Source: Candidatus Undinarchaeota archaeon (GTDB lineage: Archaea > SpSt-1190 > JASMDC01). Taken from it: DNA of 64,000 nucleotides. The stretch spans positions 122,032 through 186,031 of the forward strand of contig CAZFHY010000001.1 in assembly GCA_964519305.1 (NCBI GenBank), written 5' to 3'. The notes under the pieces were generated by a model. That model was given only the letters and a program-made list of their open reading frames with translations, was not told where the DNA came from and did no database searches. Shown here piece after piece: positions 26,793-36,431 of this stretch (its first letter is position 1; each line of letters starts with the position of its first letter). Position numbers and translations under genes: made by a program.

Positions 26793-27413
26793 ATGTCGAT
26801 CCACGATATCACCGTGAACTTGCGCGAGGGCATGACCATCTATCCGGGCGATCCGACCTTCACTCGCGAGGTAGTGTCGACCGTCGCCGAAGGATGCGCC
26901 CTCTCCAAGCTGCACCTCGGCGCCCACACGGGCACCCATGTCGATGCGCCCGCCCATATGGTGGAAGGGGGATCGACCATCGATGCTGTTAATCCCGACG
27001 TGCTCGTTGGCCCTGCGGTGGTCGTGGAGGTCACCCACCCCCTGCGCATCACCCGGGAGGAGCTGACCACCCATCACTGGGACGGTGTAGAGCGGGTGCT
27101 GTTCCGAACAGGGAACGCAGGGAGCCTCGGTACGGCACACTTCAGGGAGGACTACGTGTACCTGGACGAGGAGGCCGCCCGGTTCCTCGCCGAGAAGGGC
27201 GTCCGACTGGTGGGTGTGGACTATCTCTCCGTCGATCCACCCCATAGCGGGACACATCCTGCTCACATGGCCCTTTTCGCCGCTGACATCGTAATCATCG
27301 AAGGCCTCGACCTATCGCATGTGAGCCCCGGCAGGTATGAGCTCATCTGCGCTCCTTTGAAAGTGAAGGGTGGCGACGGTGCTCCCGCTCGCGTGTTCCT
27401 TAAGGACCTTTGA
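26793..27413 (+). CDS. Cyclase family metal-dependent hydrolase (kynurenine formamidase-like)
   Basis: YPGDP, HTGTHVDAPAH, GVDYLSVD, IIEGL and DGAPAR. Confidence 0.92.
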   Translation: MSIHDITVNLREGMTIYPGDPTFTREVVSTVAEGCALSKLHLGAHTGTHVDAPAHMVEGGSTIDAVNPDVLVGPAVVVEVTHPLRITREELTTHHWDGVERVLFRTGNAGSLGTAHFREDYVYLDEEAARFLAEKGVRLVGVDYLSVDPPHSGTHPAHMALFAADIVIIEGLDLSHVSPGRYELICAPLKVKGGDGAPARVFLKDL

Positions 27414-27432
27414 GCCGGGACCGTCCGTTATA

Positions 27433-28275
27433 CTATACTTTCACTCCGTTGGCGACGAGCCCCTGATAGACCACGGACCAGACGTACTGGGCGTTCGGTG
27501 TGTATCCATCTGGAAGGAGCTGGGCACGGTCGAAGGTCACGTTCGTGCGCTTGATGTCCTTGCCGACGGCGGCCTTCAGGTAGTCGGTGATCCCCTTCTC
27601 CTGAAGGTTGATGGCCATGACACCGGCGAGCGGCCCTTGGGAAGGACGCAAGGTGAGGACTATCTCGTCGATCTCCTTGGTCAGCTCACCCGTCGGTGTG
27701 AACGTAACCGACACTAGCCCTTCCCGGGTGGAAGTGGGGCGCTTGGTGGTGAAACCATACTGCTCCAGCGACCGCATCAAGGCGATGATGTCGCGGGACG
27801 GTCCGACCTCGATCCGTTCAGCGTGCATGGCATCGCTCGACATGGAGATCTCCCCCTGGCCAACTACCTTCCATCGCTGCTCCTGGGAGCTCAGCTCTGC
27901 CGCTGACGGCACCTCGACCTCGAAAGGATAGCTCTGCTGGAAGCCTGGCCCGACCTGTAGGTTCATGGCAAGGACCTTCTGGTCCTCGACCTCTCTCTTG
28001 ACTACCTTCCGGCGCCGACTCCTGTGATGGATGTCGGGACCGTCGTCATCGTCGTCATCGTACTCATGAACGGTCTGGTGCTCGGTGACGTACTCATCCC
28101 ACTCCTCTACGAGCATGACCTTGAGCGTGTTCACCGTCTGTTGCGTGTTCCCGCCGACGATTGTCAGCGTCCCCTGTATGGCGTCACCCTGCGCAAATCG
28201 AGTGTCGCCAAGCTGGACCCTTACATTTGCCCCTCCGACGCCCACTGTAGCGCCGATCTGTCCTAGGATTCCCAT
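27433..28275 (-). CDS. Spo0M-family (arrestin-like fold) protein
   Basis: Starts MGILGQIGATVGVGGANV..L, followed by G.L.I.GG..QQ.V and PFEVEVP, typical of the Spo0M N-terminus. Confidence 0.7.
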   Translation of the reverse strand: MGILGQIGATVGVGGANVRVQLGDTRFAQGDAIQGTLTIVGGNTQQTVNTLKVMLVEEWDEYVTEHQTVHEYDDDDDDGPDIHHRSRRRKVVKREVEDQKVLAMNLQVGPGFQQSYPFEVEVPSAAELSSQEQRWKVVGQGEISMSSDAMHAERIEVGPSRDIIALMRSLEQYGFTTKRPTSTREGLVSVTFTPTGELTKEIDEIVLTLRPSQGPLAGVMAINLQEKGITDYLKAAVGKDIKRTNVTFDRAQLLPDGYTPNAQYVWSVVYQGLVANGVKV

Positions 28276-28371
28276 TCCCGTCCCGGAGAACTTCAACATA
28301 CAACGATAAAAAGATACTTGGGAGGCGACCCCCGGACAACACATAAAACTCTAGGTGGACCATAACGCCCC

Positions 28372-29475
28372 ATGGCTGAACGCTCGTATCTCCCTGTCGA
28401 TGTCGTAGAACGGTTCATGACGGATGTCTTCATCGCCCTTGGCGTTCCAGAAGAGGACGCCCAGGTCTCGACCGACGTCCTCATCTCCAGCGACCTGCGG
28501 GGCATAGAATCCCATGGAGTTGGACGACTGAAGTACTACTACGACCGGATCGTCTCGGGCAGGCATCTGGCGACCACCGATTTCGATATCGTTAAGGAGA
28601 CCGAGACCACCGCACTGATCGACGGGCACCACGGTATGGGTCACCCTATCGCCAAGCGCGCCATGCGCATGGCCATGGACAAAGCGAAGCAGTACGGTAC
28701 TGGAGCGGTGTCGGTACGCAACGGCACCCATTTCGGGATCGCCGGGTACTATCCGCTCATGGCGGCCGCCGAGGGCATGGTGGGCTTCTGTTTCACCAAC
28801 GCAAGACCATCCATCCCACCCACGTTCGGTACCGAGCCCATGATGGGTACGAACCCAATAGCGTTCGCCGCCCCCTCTGACCAGGACTTCCCCTTCTGCT
28901 TCGACGGAGCTACCGCAATCATACAGCGGGGTAAGGTGGAGTGCGCAGCTCGCGATGAGAAGCCTCTGCCCGATGGAACGATCGTCGATCCTAGTGGGGA
29001 GTGTCTCACGGACCCGGACGTCATCCTTCGCGAGATGGTCAAAGGCAACGCTGCTGCCCTGGCCATCGGTGGAGCCGGTGAAGAGCATGGGGGACACAAG
29101 GGCTACGGTCTCGCTGCCATGGTGGAGGTCATCTCGGCCTCGTTCTGCAACGGTGCGTTCCTCAAGGACCTCTCCGGACTTGCCGAGGACGGTTCGCCCG
29201 CCCACTTCCGGCTGGGCCACTTCTTCCTGGCCATCGACGTGGAGCACTTCCTACCCCTGGAGGAGTTCGAGCGCACGACCGGCGCCATCATGCGCGCGCT
29301 CCAGTGTTCGCGCAAGGCACCGGGCCAGGACCGCATCTATGTGGCAGGGGAGAAGGAACGGGATAACGAGCAGCGCATCCGCAAGGAGGGCGTTCCGGCA
29401 AATCCCAACCTTCTCAAGGACCTCGCCACGGTGCGCGACGAGCTGAGTATCAAGGGGTACGAAGAGTATTTCTAG
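28372..29475 (+). CDS. Ldh_2 family (type 2 malate/L-lactate dehydrogenase-like) oxidoreductase
   Basis: DLRGIESHG, THFGIAGYY, GTNPIAF, GHKGYGL and YVAGE. Confidence 0.92.
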   Translation: MAERSYLPVDVVERFMTDVFIALGVPEEDAQVSTDVLISSDLRGIESHGVGRLKYYYDRIVSGRHLATTDFDIVKETETTALIDGHHGMGHPIAKRAMRMAMDKAKQYGTGAVSVRNGTHFGIAGYYPLMAAAEGMVGFCFTNARPSIPPTFGTEPMMGTNPIAFAAPSDQDFPFCFDGATAIIQRGKVECAARDEKPLPDGTIVDPSGECLTDPDVILREMVKGNAAALAIGGAGEEHGGHKGYGLAAMVEVISASFCNGAFLKDLSGLAEDGSPAHFRLGHFFLAIDVEHFLPLEEFERTTGAIMRALQCSRKAPGQDRIYVAGEKERDNEQRIRKEGVPANPNLLKDLATVRDELSIKGYEEYF

Positions 29476-30134
29476 GCACGCTTTGCGTCCACCTTGATGG
29501 TAAGGAGGTCTCCCAGAGAGGCCTCTAGAACGTCGCCGTCGACCACTGGCCCGACGCCCTCGGGTGTACCGGTGAGGATCACGTCACCCCGTTCCAGCGT
29601 CATGATGTCAGAGACGAAGGAGATTATGTGCGCTACCGAATGGACCATGTAGCGTGTGTTCGAGCTTTGACGCACCTGGCCGTTCACACGCAGCTCGAGA
29701 TTTAGGTCGTGCGGATCGGGAACAGCGTCCCGAGGGATTACAGGACTGAGGGGCGCGAAGGTGTCGAATCCCTTGGCGATGGACCAGGGTAGGCCCTTCT
29801 TCTTCGCCTCGGCCTGTACGTCGCGGGCGGTGAGGTCCAGTCCGAGCAGGTACCCGAGCACGTGGTCCCGGGCAGTTTCTTCAGTGACATGACTGCACGT
29901 GTCGCCGATCACTATTCCGAGTTCGACCTCGTGATGCACATCCATGGAACGTGGGGGCAGCACCACCGTTCCACCGTCCGGGATTATTGCGGAGGCGGGC
30001 TTGAGGAAGAGCACCGGGTCTGGCGGGAGCTCTGCATGCATCTCCTCGGCATGCTTGCGGTACGTGCGCGCCAGGCACACGAGCTTCCCGCACCGGATCC
30101 GCTCACCGGTGTCCTTCATAATGAGCTCGGCCAT
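29472..30134 (-). CDS. Fumarylacetoacetate hydrolase family protein
   Basis: FLKP, HHEVEL, DLTARD, AKGFDTF and GDVILTGTPEGVG. Confidence 0.93.
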   Translation of the reverse strand: MAELIMKDTGERIRCGKLVCLARTYRKHAEEMHAELPPDPVLFLKPASAIIPDGGTVVLPPRSMDVHHEVELGIVIGDTCSHVTEETARDHVLGYLLGLDLTARDVQAEAKKKGLPWSIAKGFDTFAPLSPVIPRDAVPDPHDLNLELRVNGQVRQSSNTRYMVHSVAHIISFVSDIMTLERGDVILTGTPEGVGPVVDGDVLEASLGDLLTIKVDAKRA

Positions 30135-30184
30135 GGAATTGCTTAGGACCCGGACAGCTTATAACGGTTGCCCCGGGGAGGAGT

Positions 30185-31261
30185 TCAGCGCGCGATGCTC
30201 CATGTGGAAAGGGCACCGGGATCCTCGACCTTCTCGAACGCATCTGCGATCTCGATGTCACGTGAGTGCTTCTCGCCGATATAGGCGTTCACACGGTTAG
30301 CGAACTCCTTGTCCTTCTCGAAGTCGTTCTGGAACTCCTCGATGGTCGAGTAGCTTGTTCCGAGATCCTTGTTCACCCAGCCCCGGATCATGTCGATGAC
30401 CTCTGGTGTCTCCCTCTCATCTGTGATGGTAGAGCTGTACGAGTCTATAGCGCTTAGACGAACAGGCTCTCCCTTATCGTTCGTGAGCACGTGGGTCGTG
30501 CCCACTTGTCCATAGGCGAGGGCATCAATCTTTCCTATTGGGGTTTCCACCGCCATCTTGACAAGATCGTAGTGACTGTTAGGATTGTACAAGTTCTCAG
30601 ATGCATGCAAAGGTCGGACCTGGCGATCGGTGATGAAGGTCACCCATGCTTCGGCCTCACCCGCAGTATCTTTTGACGGGGGGACGTAGAGAGCGAACGG
30701 CTGCTGGTAGTTGTGTGAGACGCGGTTGATATAGACTACATTGCCGGGTCCTTTCCCCTTGACCATGACGATGGGGTCCTGTGTCGCTCTGTGCTCGTCC
30801 GTGGTCAGCTTGATGTCGAACAGGTCCTCGTACTTTGAAAAGCTCTTCTCTGAGAACTTGTCGACCATTTGTGCTGGATTCCTGTTCGATCCGTATCCGA
30901 CGAAGGGGAGGAGGTTGTCTACTCCCTTCTCGCTTAGGTAGTGACGGAGCGTCATCTCTTCGCTCTTTCCCGTGCGAGCATCCTCATAGAGGAGGGTACC
31001 GTTCAGCATACGTTCTACACCCTCCTTTTCCTTGTCCAGCTTGAGCTCGTAGACCATCGAGGTCTCAGGGTCCACCACGCATGCATCGTCGCTATACTTT
31101 GGTCCAGGGTACCAGCTGTGGTTGGGAGTGCCGTCCGGTGCATTGGTCTTGCGCAGTTCGGGATCGGCCCGGGGAGCAGTGAATGTCGAAAGGGAGACGT
31201 TGTGATATGTGTCGAGCTGGTAGGGTCCGACGTTGCCCTCCAAGCCTTCGCCTATCATCAC
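30185..31261 (-). CDS. Hypothetical protein, possible gamma-glutamylcyclotransferase-like fold
   Basis: VGYGSNRNP resembles the GGCT YGSN motif. Confidence 0.55.
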   Translation of the reverse strand: MMIGEGLEGNVGPYQLDTYHNVSLSTFTAPRADPELRKTNAPDGTPNHSWYPGPKYSDDACVVDPETSMVYELKLDKEKEGVERMLNGTLLYEDARTGKSEEMTLRHYLSEKGVDNLLPFVGYGSNRNPAQMVDKFSEKSFSKYEDLFDIKLTTDEHRATQDPIVMVKGKGPGNVVYINRVSHNYQQPFALYVPPSKDTAGEAEAWVTFITDRQVRPLHASENLYNPNSHYDLVKMAVETPIGKIDALAYGQVGTTHVLTNDKGEPVRLSAIDSYSSTITDERETPEVIDMIRGWVNKDLGTSYSTIEEFQNDFEKDKEFANRVNAYIGEKHSRDIEIADAFEKVEDPGALSTWSIAR

Positions 31262-31363
31262 CCATAGTATATGGTTCCCTGTCTATTTAAAGTTTACTAC
31301 TTTTGAGTAGTAACATGGTGAGTCGTGCATAGGATCCGCTATCACAAACCTTGAAATGCCTTG

Positions 31364-31930
31364 ATGAACCACCCACTCGACATCACCGCGAACGATATCC
31401 TGACAATCCTGGCGGGTCTTGGCCCCCATCCACTAGTCACTATCAGCCTTGCTGTCGGGGCCATCGCCGCGCTCCTCACCTATCGCTCAAAAGGAAGCGC
31501 GCGGGACGCGGTTATCGTTTTCATGGTGGCGACGATCGCCGCCGTCACCCCCTTGCATCCCCTCATCATCCTCGTTCTAGCAGCGGTCTGGACGAACCGA
31601 TGGCTCTATGAACGGACCGATGACAACGGCCTCGCTCTCGTCCTATCGTTCCCCGTGGGCATCGCCGTGTTCGCCGTCCTGGTAAGGTTCATGCTCATAT
31701 GGGGTTTCGTCGCCCTGTATCAACCACAATCCGCATCCGAGACCACCCAGACGGGGGCGCTCATCGGCCTGATGTTCTTTCTGGCGCCCCTCTATATCAT
31801 ATCCACTGTCATCGGCCTCGCCGGATTCGTATTCGTGAGCACGGGTATATCAGTACGACGATCGTGGTATCACGCTGAGATGCTCGAGAAGGCACAGGAT
31901 GGATCGGGCGATCCAGGGGACCAGGCTTAA
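31364..31930 (+). CDS. Hypothetical multi-pass membrane protein
   Basis: Four to five hydrophobic segments. Confidence 0.6.
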   Translation: MNHPLDITANDILTILAGLGPHPLVTISLAVGAIAALLTYRSKGSARDAVIVFMVATIAAVTPLHPLIILVLAAVWTNRWLYERTDDNGLALVLSFPVGIAVFAVLVRFMLIWGFVALYQPQSASETTQTGALIGLMFFLAPLYIISTVIGLAGFVFVSTGISVRRSWYHAEMLEKAQDGSGDPGDQA

Positions 31931-31955
31931 AAAGGTGCTGCCTCCTCAAACGGTC

Positions 31956-32288
31956 ATGGCCGACGAGAACCTCTCCGAGAAGGTTGCCTACTGTGGCCTC
32001 TACTGCGGCTCTTGCGGTTCCCACACACGGGGCAGGTGCCCCACATGCAAGAAGAGCGAGGGGAACGACTGGTGCGATGTTCGTAAGTGCTGCATCGAGA
32101 AAGGATTTGCATCCTGCGCGGAGTGCACTGAGTTCGAGGACCTCAACGAGTGCCAGAACCTCAACAATATCATGTCCAAGATCTTCGGCTTCCTCTTCCG
32201 CTCGGACCGTGTCGGCAGTCTCGAGATGATCCGCAAGGAAGGCATCGAGGACTACGCCAAGCGGAAGGATGAAGCAGGGATGATGTAG
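31956..32288 (+). CDS. DUF3795-like Cys-rich protein
   Basis: YCGLYCGSC...CPTC...CDVRKCC.EKG...CAEC. Confidence 0.8.
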   Translation: MADENLSEKVAYCGLYCGSCGSHTRGRCPTCKKSEGNDWCDVRKCCIEKGFASCAECTEFEDLNECQNLNNIMSKIFGFLFRSDRVGSLEMIRKEGIEDYAKRKDEAGMM

Positions 32289-32304
32289 CCCCTCTTGTGA
32301 GAGC

Positions 32305-33120
32305 ATGGTCACCTTGGAGAATCCACCCTGTATGTCGGCCGTCCTATTCCCCAGTCACGGCCATCGTATCATCGGGTCCATCCTGATGGCCGAGGGCGCT
32401 GGCCCTCACCCAACGCTCGTTCTGCTCCACGGGCTCCCCGGATATGAACGCAACGGGGATCTGGCGCACGAGGTACGACGGGCCGGATGGAACGTGCTCG
32501 TGTTCTCATATCGTGGCTCATGGGGGTGTGAGGGCTCGTTCTCCATCGCCAACTGCATAGAGGACGTGGATTCTGCGCTGACGTTCCTGCGTGGCCCAAA
32601 GGCCTGCGACCTTCGGGTGGACCGCGAGCGTCTCGTGCTGGCCGGGGCCAGCCTCGGAGGATTCGTCGCGCTCCATGCTGCCGCCAGGGATCCAGCGATC
32701 ATCGGTGTCGCGTCCATCGCAGGGTATGACTTCGGGGCGGTCGCGCTGACGCGGGCAGACGATCCCAAAGCGCGGGATGAAGCTGTGACATCGCTTGGGG
32801 AAGCGAGCCTGGCACCACTTACAGGGACATCAGCTGCGGCGATAGTGGATGAGGTGGCATGCCGAGCGATGGACTGGCAGCTGTCCCGCACGGTCCCGGC
32901 GCTGAAGGACCGGCATGTTTTCCTTTTAGGAGGGAGCAGAGACACAGTAGCTCCACCAGACGTCCATCTACGAAACCTCGTGGGAGAGTTCGAGCGAGCG
33001 GGAGCTCGCCACATGTCCCATGTCGTGCTCGAAGGTGATCATAATTTCTCAGAGGTCCGGACTGATCTCGCACATCAACTGATCGCTTGGCTCAGTGAGG
33101 TCCGCACGGCCGAGCAATAG
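32305..33120 (+). CDS. Alpha/beta hydrolase
   Basis: LHGLPG, YRGSWG, nucleophile elbow GASLGG, Asp in DTVAP and His in GDHNF. Confidence 0.85.
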   Translation: MVTLENPPCMSAVLFPSHGHRIIGSILMAEGAGPHPTLVLLHGLPGYERNGDLAHEVRRAGWNVLVFSYRGSWGCEGSFSIANCIEDVDSALTFLRGPKACDLRVDRERLVLAGASLGGFVALHAAARDPAIIGVASIAGYDFGAVALTRADDPKARDEAVTSLGEASLAPLTGTSAAAIVDEVACRAMDWQLSRTVPALKDRHVFLLGGSRDTVAPPDVHLRNLVGEFERAGARHMSHVVLEGDHNFSEVRTDLAHQLIAWLSEVRTAEQ

Positions 33121-33152
33121 TGTTTTAAAACCTGTCGTCCGCACCATCTCCG

Positions 33153-34718
33153 GTGGCAACCAAGGACGAGATAGTGGTCGTACTCGACTTCGGCGGGCAG
33201 TACTGTCATCTCATCGCCCGACGACTCCGTGAGCTCGGGGTCTACTCGTTCATCCTCCCATACACCGTGAAGGTCAAACGGCTCAAGGAGCTCCCCATCA
33301 AGGGGATTGTGCTCTCAGGCGGACCCTCATCGGTGTACGAGAAGGGTGCGCCCAAGCTCCCCAAGGCGGTCCTTTCGTACGCCTTGGAAGAAGGTATCCC
33401 CATGCTCGGTATCTGCTATGGCCATCAGCTCTTGGCCAAGATGCTCGGTGGGACAGTCAAACCCGGTAAGGAACGAGAGTACGGACGGGCCATGTTCTAC
33501 CCGAGGCGATGTACGGGACTCTTCGAAGGGCTATGGGAGGAGGAGACCGTGTGGATGTCCCACGGCGACCTTGTGGAGGAGCCGCCGGAAGGGTACGAGG
33601 TGCTCGGTACCACTAACACATGTCCGGTAGCCGCATTTGGGAGCGAGGACACCCATGTCTACGGTATCCAGTTCCACCCAGAGGTCGCTCATACGCCTTG
33701 CGGGCGCAAGGTCCTCGGAAACTTCCTGGACATCACGGGAGCGGCGCGTACCTGGTCGATGGCACCGTTCGTTGAAGAGACGGTAGCACGCATCAAGGAG
33801 GAGGTCGGTAAGGAGCGTGTGCTCCTGGGCCTTAGCGGGGGTGTGGACTCATCCGTCGTTGCAGCGCTCCTACACAAAGCAGTGGGGAACTCACTCCACT
33901 GTGTGTTCGTTGACAACGGGCTCCTGCGGGACAACGACCGGCCGTTCGTCGAGGAGGTATTCTCCAAGAACGTGCCCGTCAAGAACCTCCATATCGTCGA
34001 TGCGACGGACCGCTTCCTGAACGCGCTCAAGGGCGTCACCGATCCGGAGGAGAAACGACACATCATCGGCCACACCTTCATCGACGTGTTCGAGGAGAAG
34101 GCCAAGAGCCTGGACAAGGAAGCAGGCCACATCGAGTTCCTGGCCCAGGGCACGATCTACCCTGACCGGGTGGAGAGCGCGTCCACCTCCAAGCACTCGG
34201 CCAAGATAAAGTCCCACCACAACGTGGCCCTCCCCGAAGGGATGCGGTTCTCCCTCATCGAGCCACTGGCCGAGCTCTACAAGGACGAGGTCCGTGCCAT
34301 CGGTGCCACGCTCGATCTCCCTCGTGAGCTGGTGGACCGTCAGCCGTTCCCCGGCCCTGGCCTGGCAGTACGTTGCCTGGGCGAGATCACCCGGGAGCGC
34401 CTCGATACCCTCCGCCTCGCCGACCGCATCGTACGCGAAGATGTCGCTGCCGCGGGGATAACCAAGGAGTTGTGGCAGTACTTTCCGGCGCTCCTGCCCG
34501 TGCGCACGGTAGGCGTAATGGGCGACGCACGCACCTACAACGAGGCCATCGCAATCAGGTGCGTCCAGAGCATCGATGCCATGACGGCCAACGTCTATCC
34601 TTTCGACTGGGATGTCCTGCGTGCCATGGCCGCACGTATAGTTAACGAGGTCAAAGGGGTCAACCGCGTGTTCTACGACATCACGGACAAGCCCCCGGCC
34701 ACAATCGAGATGGAGTAG
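33153..34718 (+). CDS. guaA: GMP synthase (glutamine-hydrolysing), single fused polypeptide
   Basis: DFGGQY, GICYG, QFHPE, SGGVDS, QGTIYPD, KSHHNV, PFPGPGL and KPPATIE. Confidence 0.96.
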   Translation: MATKDEIVVVLDFGGQYCHLIARRLRELGVYSFILPYTVKVKRLKELPIKGIVLSGGPSSVYEKGAPKLPKAVLSYALEEGIPMLGICYGHQLLAKMLGGTVKPGKEREYGRAMFYPRRCTGLFEGLWEEETVWMSHGDLVEEPPEGYEVLGTTNTCPVAAFGSEDTHVYGIQFHPEVAHTPCGRKVLGNFLDITGAARTWSMAPFVEETVARIKEEVGKERVLLGLSGGVDSSVVAALLHKAVGNSLHCVFVDNGLLRDNDRPFVEEVFSKNVPVKNLHIVDATDRFLNALKGVTDPEEKRHIIGHTFIDVFEEKAKSLDKEAGHIEFLAQGTIYPDRVESASTSKHSAKIKSHHNVALPEGMRFSLIEPLAELYKDEVRAIGATLDLPRELVDRQPFPGPGLAVRCLGEITRERLDTLRLADRIVREDVAAAGITKELWQYFPALLPVRTVGVMGDARTYNEAIAIRCVQSIDAMTANVYPFDWDVLRAMAARIVNEVKGVNRVFYDITDKPPATIEME

Positions 34719-34763
34719 CTGCTGGCCGCGCGTTTTTTAAAGATTGCACGGCAGCCCCCGGTC

Positions 34764-36431
34764 GTGGCCCGGACCCTCATCATCCGCAACGCCTGCGTGT
34801 ACGACCCGCTGGCAGGGACCGATGGTGAGGTCATGGACCTATGTTGTCGCGACGGCCGGATGGTCGATGACGTCAAAGAACGCGATGCCTTGGAGCTGGA
34901 CGCGGGAGGGCGCGTCACCATGGCCGGCGGAGTGGACATCCATTCACATATCGCTGGTTCGAAGGTCAACCGGGCCAGGTGTCTGCGCCCCGAGGATTCA
35001 TCACATCAAGTACGTAATCACGATCCTGTCGCCGGTATAGGGGCAGGTTCGGGCCTCACGGTCCCGTCCACACGGCTCACCGGGGCCCTGTACGCCGAGA
35101 TGGGGTACACCACCGTCATCGAGCCCGCCATGGCCCCGCTCAAGGGCCGCCACACTCATGAGGAGCTGGCCGACACACCCTTGTTGGATACCGGGGCACT
35201 GGTGCTGGCGGGGAATCACCACCGGTTGCTCGAATACATCAGAGATGGACACGAGGAGCTCGTGGCACCCTGGTGCGCCTGGCTAATCCACGCCACGCGG
35301 GCTCTCGGGCTAAAAGTGGTCAACCCGGCCGGGAACGCCGCCTGGGAGTGGGCCAAGAACGTCAACGCTCTCGACGAGCCGACACCCCACTTCGGCGTCA
35401 CCGCTGCAGAGGTCCTGACGAACCTTCAGAACGCGGTCGCCGTTCTCAAGCTGCCCCACCCCATTCACGTCCACCTCAACAACCTTGGGATCCCCGGGAA
35501 CGCGGACATCACCATAGAGTCCCTACGTCTCCTGGGTAAGAACGGACAGGCACATGTAACGCATCTCCAGTTCCACACCTATGGCGGTGGATCATGGAAG
35601 GACTTCTCCTCTAGGGCAGAGGAGGTTGCCGGTGAGCTCTCACAGCATCCCGGGCTCACAACCGATATCGGACAGGTCATGTTCGGCGACACCACCACGC
35701 TCACCGCCGACGGCCCCGCCGAATGGCACCTTGGTCGTATCAACCGCCTCAAGTGGGTGAACACCGATGTAGAGAGGGAGACGGGTGGCGGCATCGTCCC
35801 CTACGTCTATCGTCCGACCAGTGGTGTGAACGCTATCCAGTGGGCGGCCGGCCTCGAACTCGCCCTGCTCATCGACGATCCTTGGCGCGTGTTCCTCACA
35901 ACCGATGCTCCCAACGGCTGCCCGTTCGCTCGATACCCAGATATCATGACGCTGCTGGCGAGCCAGAAGGCACGGGAGCGGGCCCTGGACGACGTCCATG
36001 AGCGTGCATCCTCGGCCACCACTCTCCCCTCCCTCGATCGTGAGTACTCGCTGTCAGAGCTGGCAATCATGACCCGGGCCGGCACAGCAAAGCGTCTCGG
36101 TCTGGGTACCAAGGGCGGCCTCAGCCCCGGAATGGACGCGGACATCGCTGTGTACGACTTCCTGCCCGATGACGTTAATGACCCGAAAAAGCTCCGTCAG
36201 GGACTCGGCCGAGCCTTCCTCACTGTCAAGAGTGGCGAGGTCGTTGTGCGGGACGGACGTGTCGTGACGACGGTCCCAGGGTCCACGCTATTCACTCGTC
36301 CGAAGTACGACGATGAGGCCGTCCGCGAGGACCGTGTCGCCTTCTTCAAAGACCACAGCACCATCACCGAGGCAAACTATACGGTACAGGAAGACTATCT
36401 GCCCCATCCCCGGGAGGTGCCCTGTTGCTGA
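34764..36431 (+). CDS. fwdA: Formylmethanofuran dehydrogenase subunit A (FwdA/FhcA amidohydrolase)
   Basis: GVDIHSHIAG.KVN, YAEMGYTT, LKVVNP, HVHLNNLG.PGN, HLQFH, TADGP, QWAAGLEL and LTTD.PN. Confidence 0.92.
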   Translation: MARTLIIRNACVYDPLAGTDGEVMDLCCRDGRMVDDVKERDALELDAGGRVTMAGGVDIHSHIAGSKVNRARCLRPEDSSHQVRNHDPVAGIGAGSGLTVPSTRLTGALYAEMGYTTVIEPAMAPLKGRHTHEELADTPLLDTGALVLAGNHHRLLEYIRDGHEELVAPWCAWLIHATRALGLKVVNPAGNAAWEWAKNVNALDEPTPHFGVTAAEVLTNLQNAVAVLKLPHPIHVHLNNLGIPGNADITIESLRLLGKNGQAHVTHLQFHTYGGGSWKDFSSRAEEVAGELSQHPGLTTDIGQVMFGDTTTLTADGPAEWHLGRINRLKWVNTDVERETGGGIVPYVYRPTSGVNAIQWAAGLELALLIDDPWRVFLTTDAPNGCPFARYPDIMTLLASQKARERALDDVHERASSATTLPSLDREYSLSELAIMTRAGTAKRLGLGTKGGLSPGMDADIAVYDFLPDDVNDPKKLRQGLGRAFLTVKSGEVVVRDGRVVTTVPGSTLFTRPKYDDEAVREDRVAFFKDHSTITEANYTVQEDYLPHPREVPCC

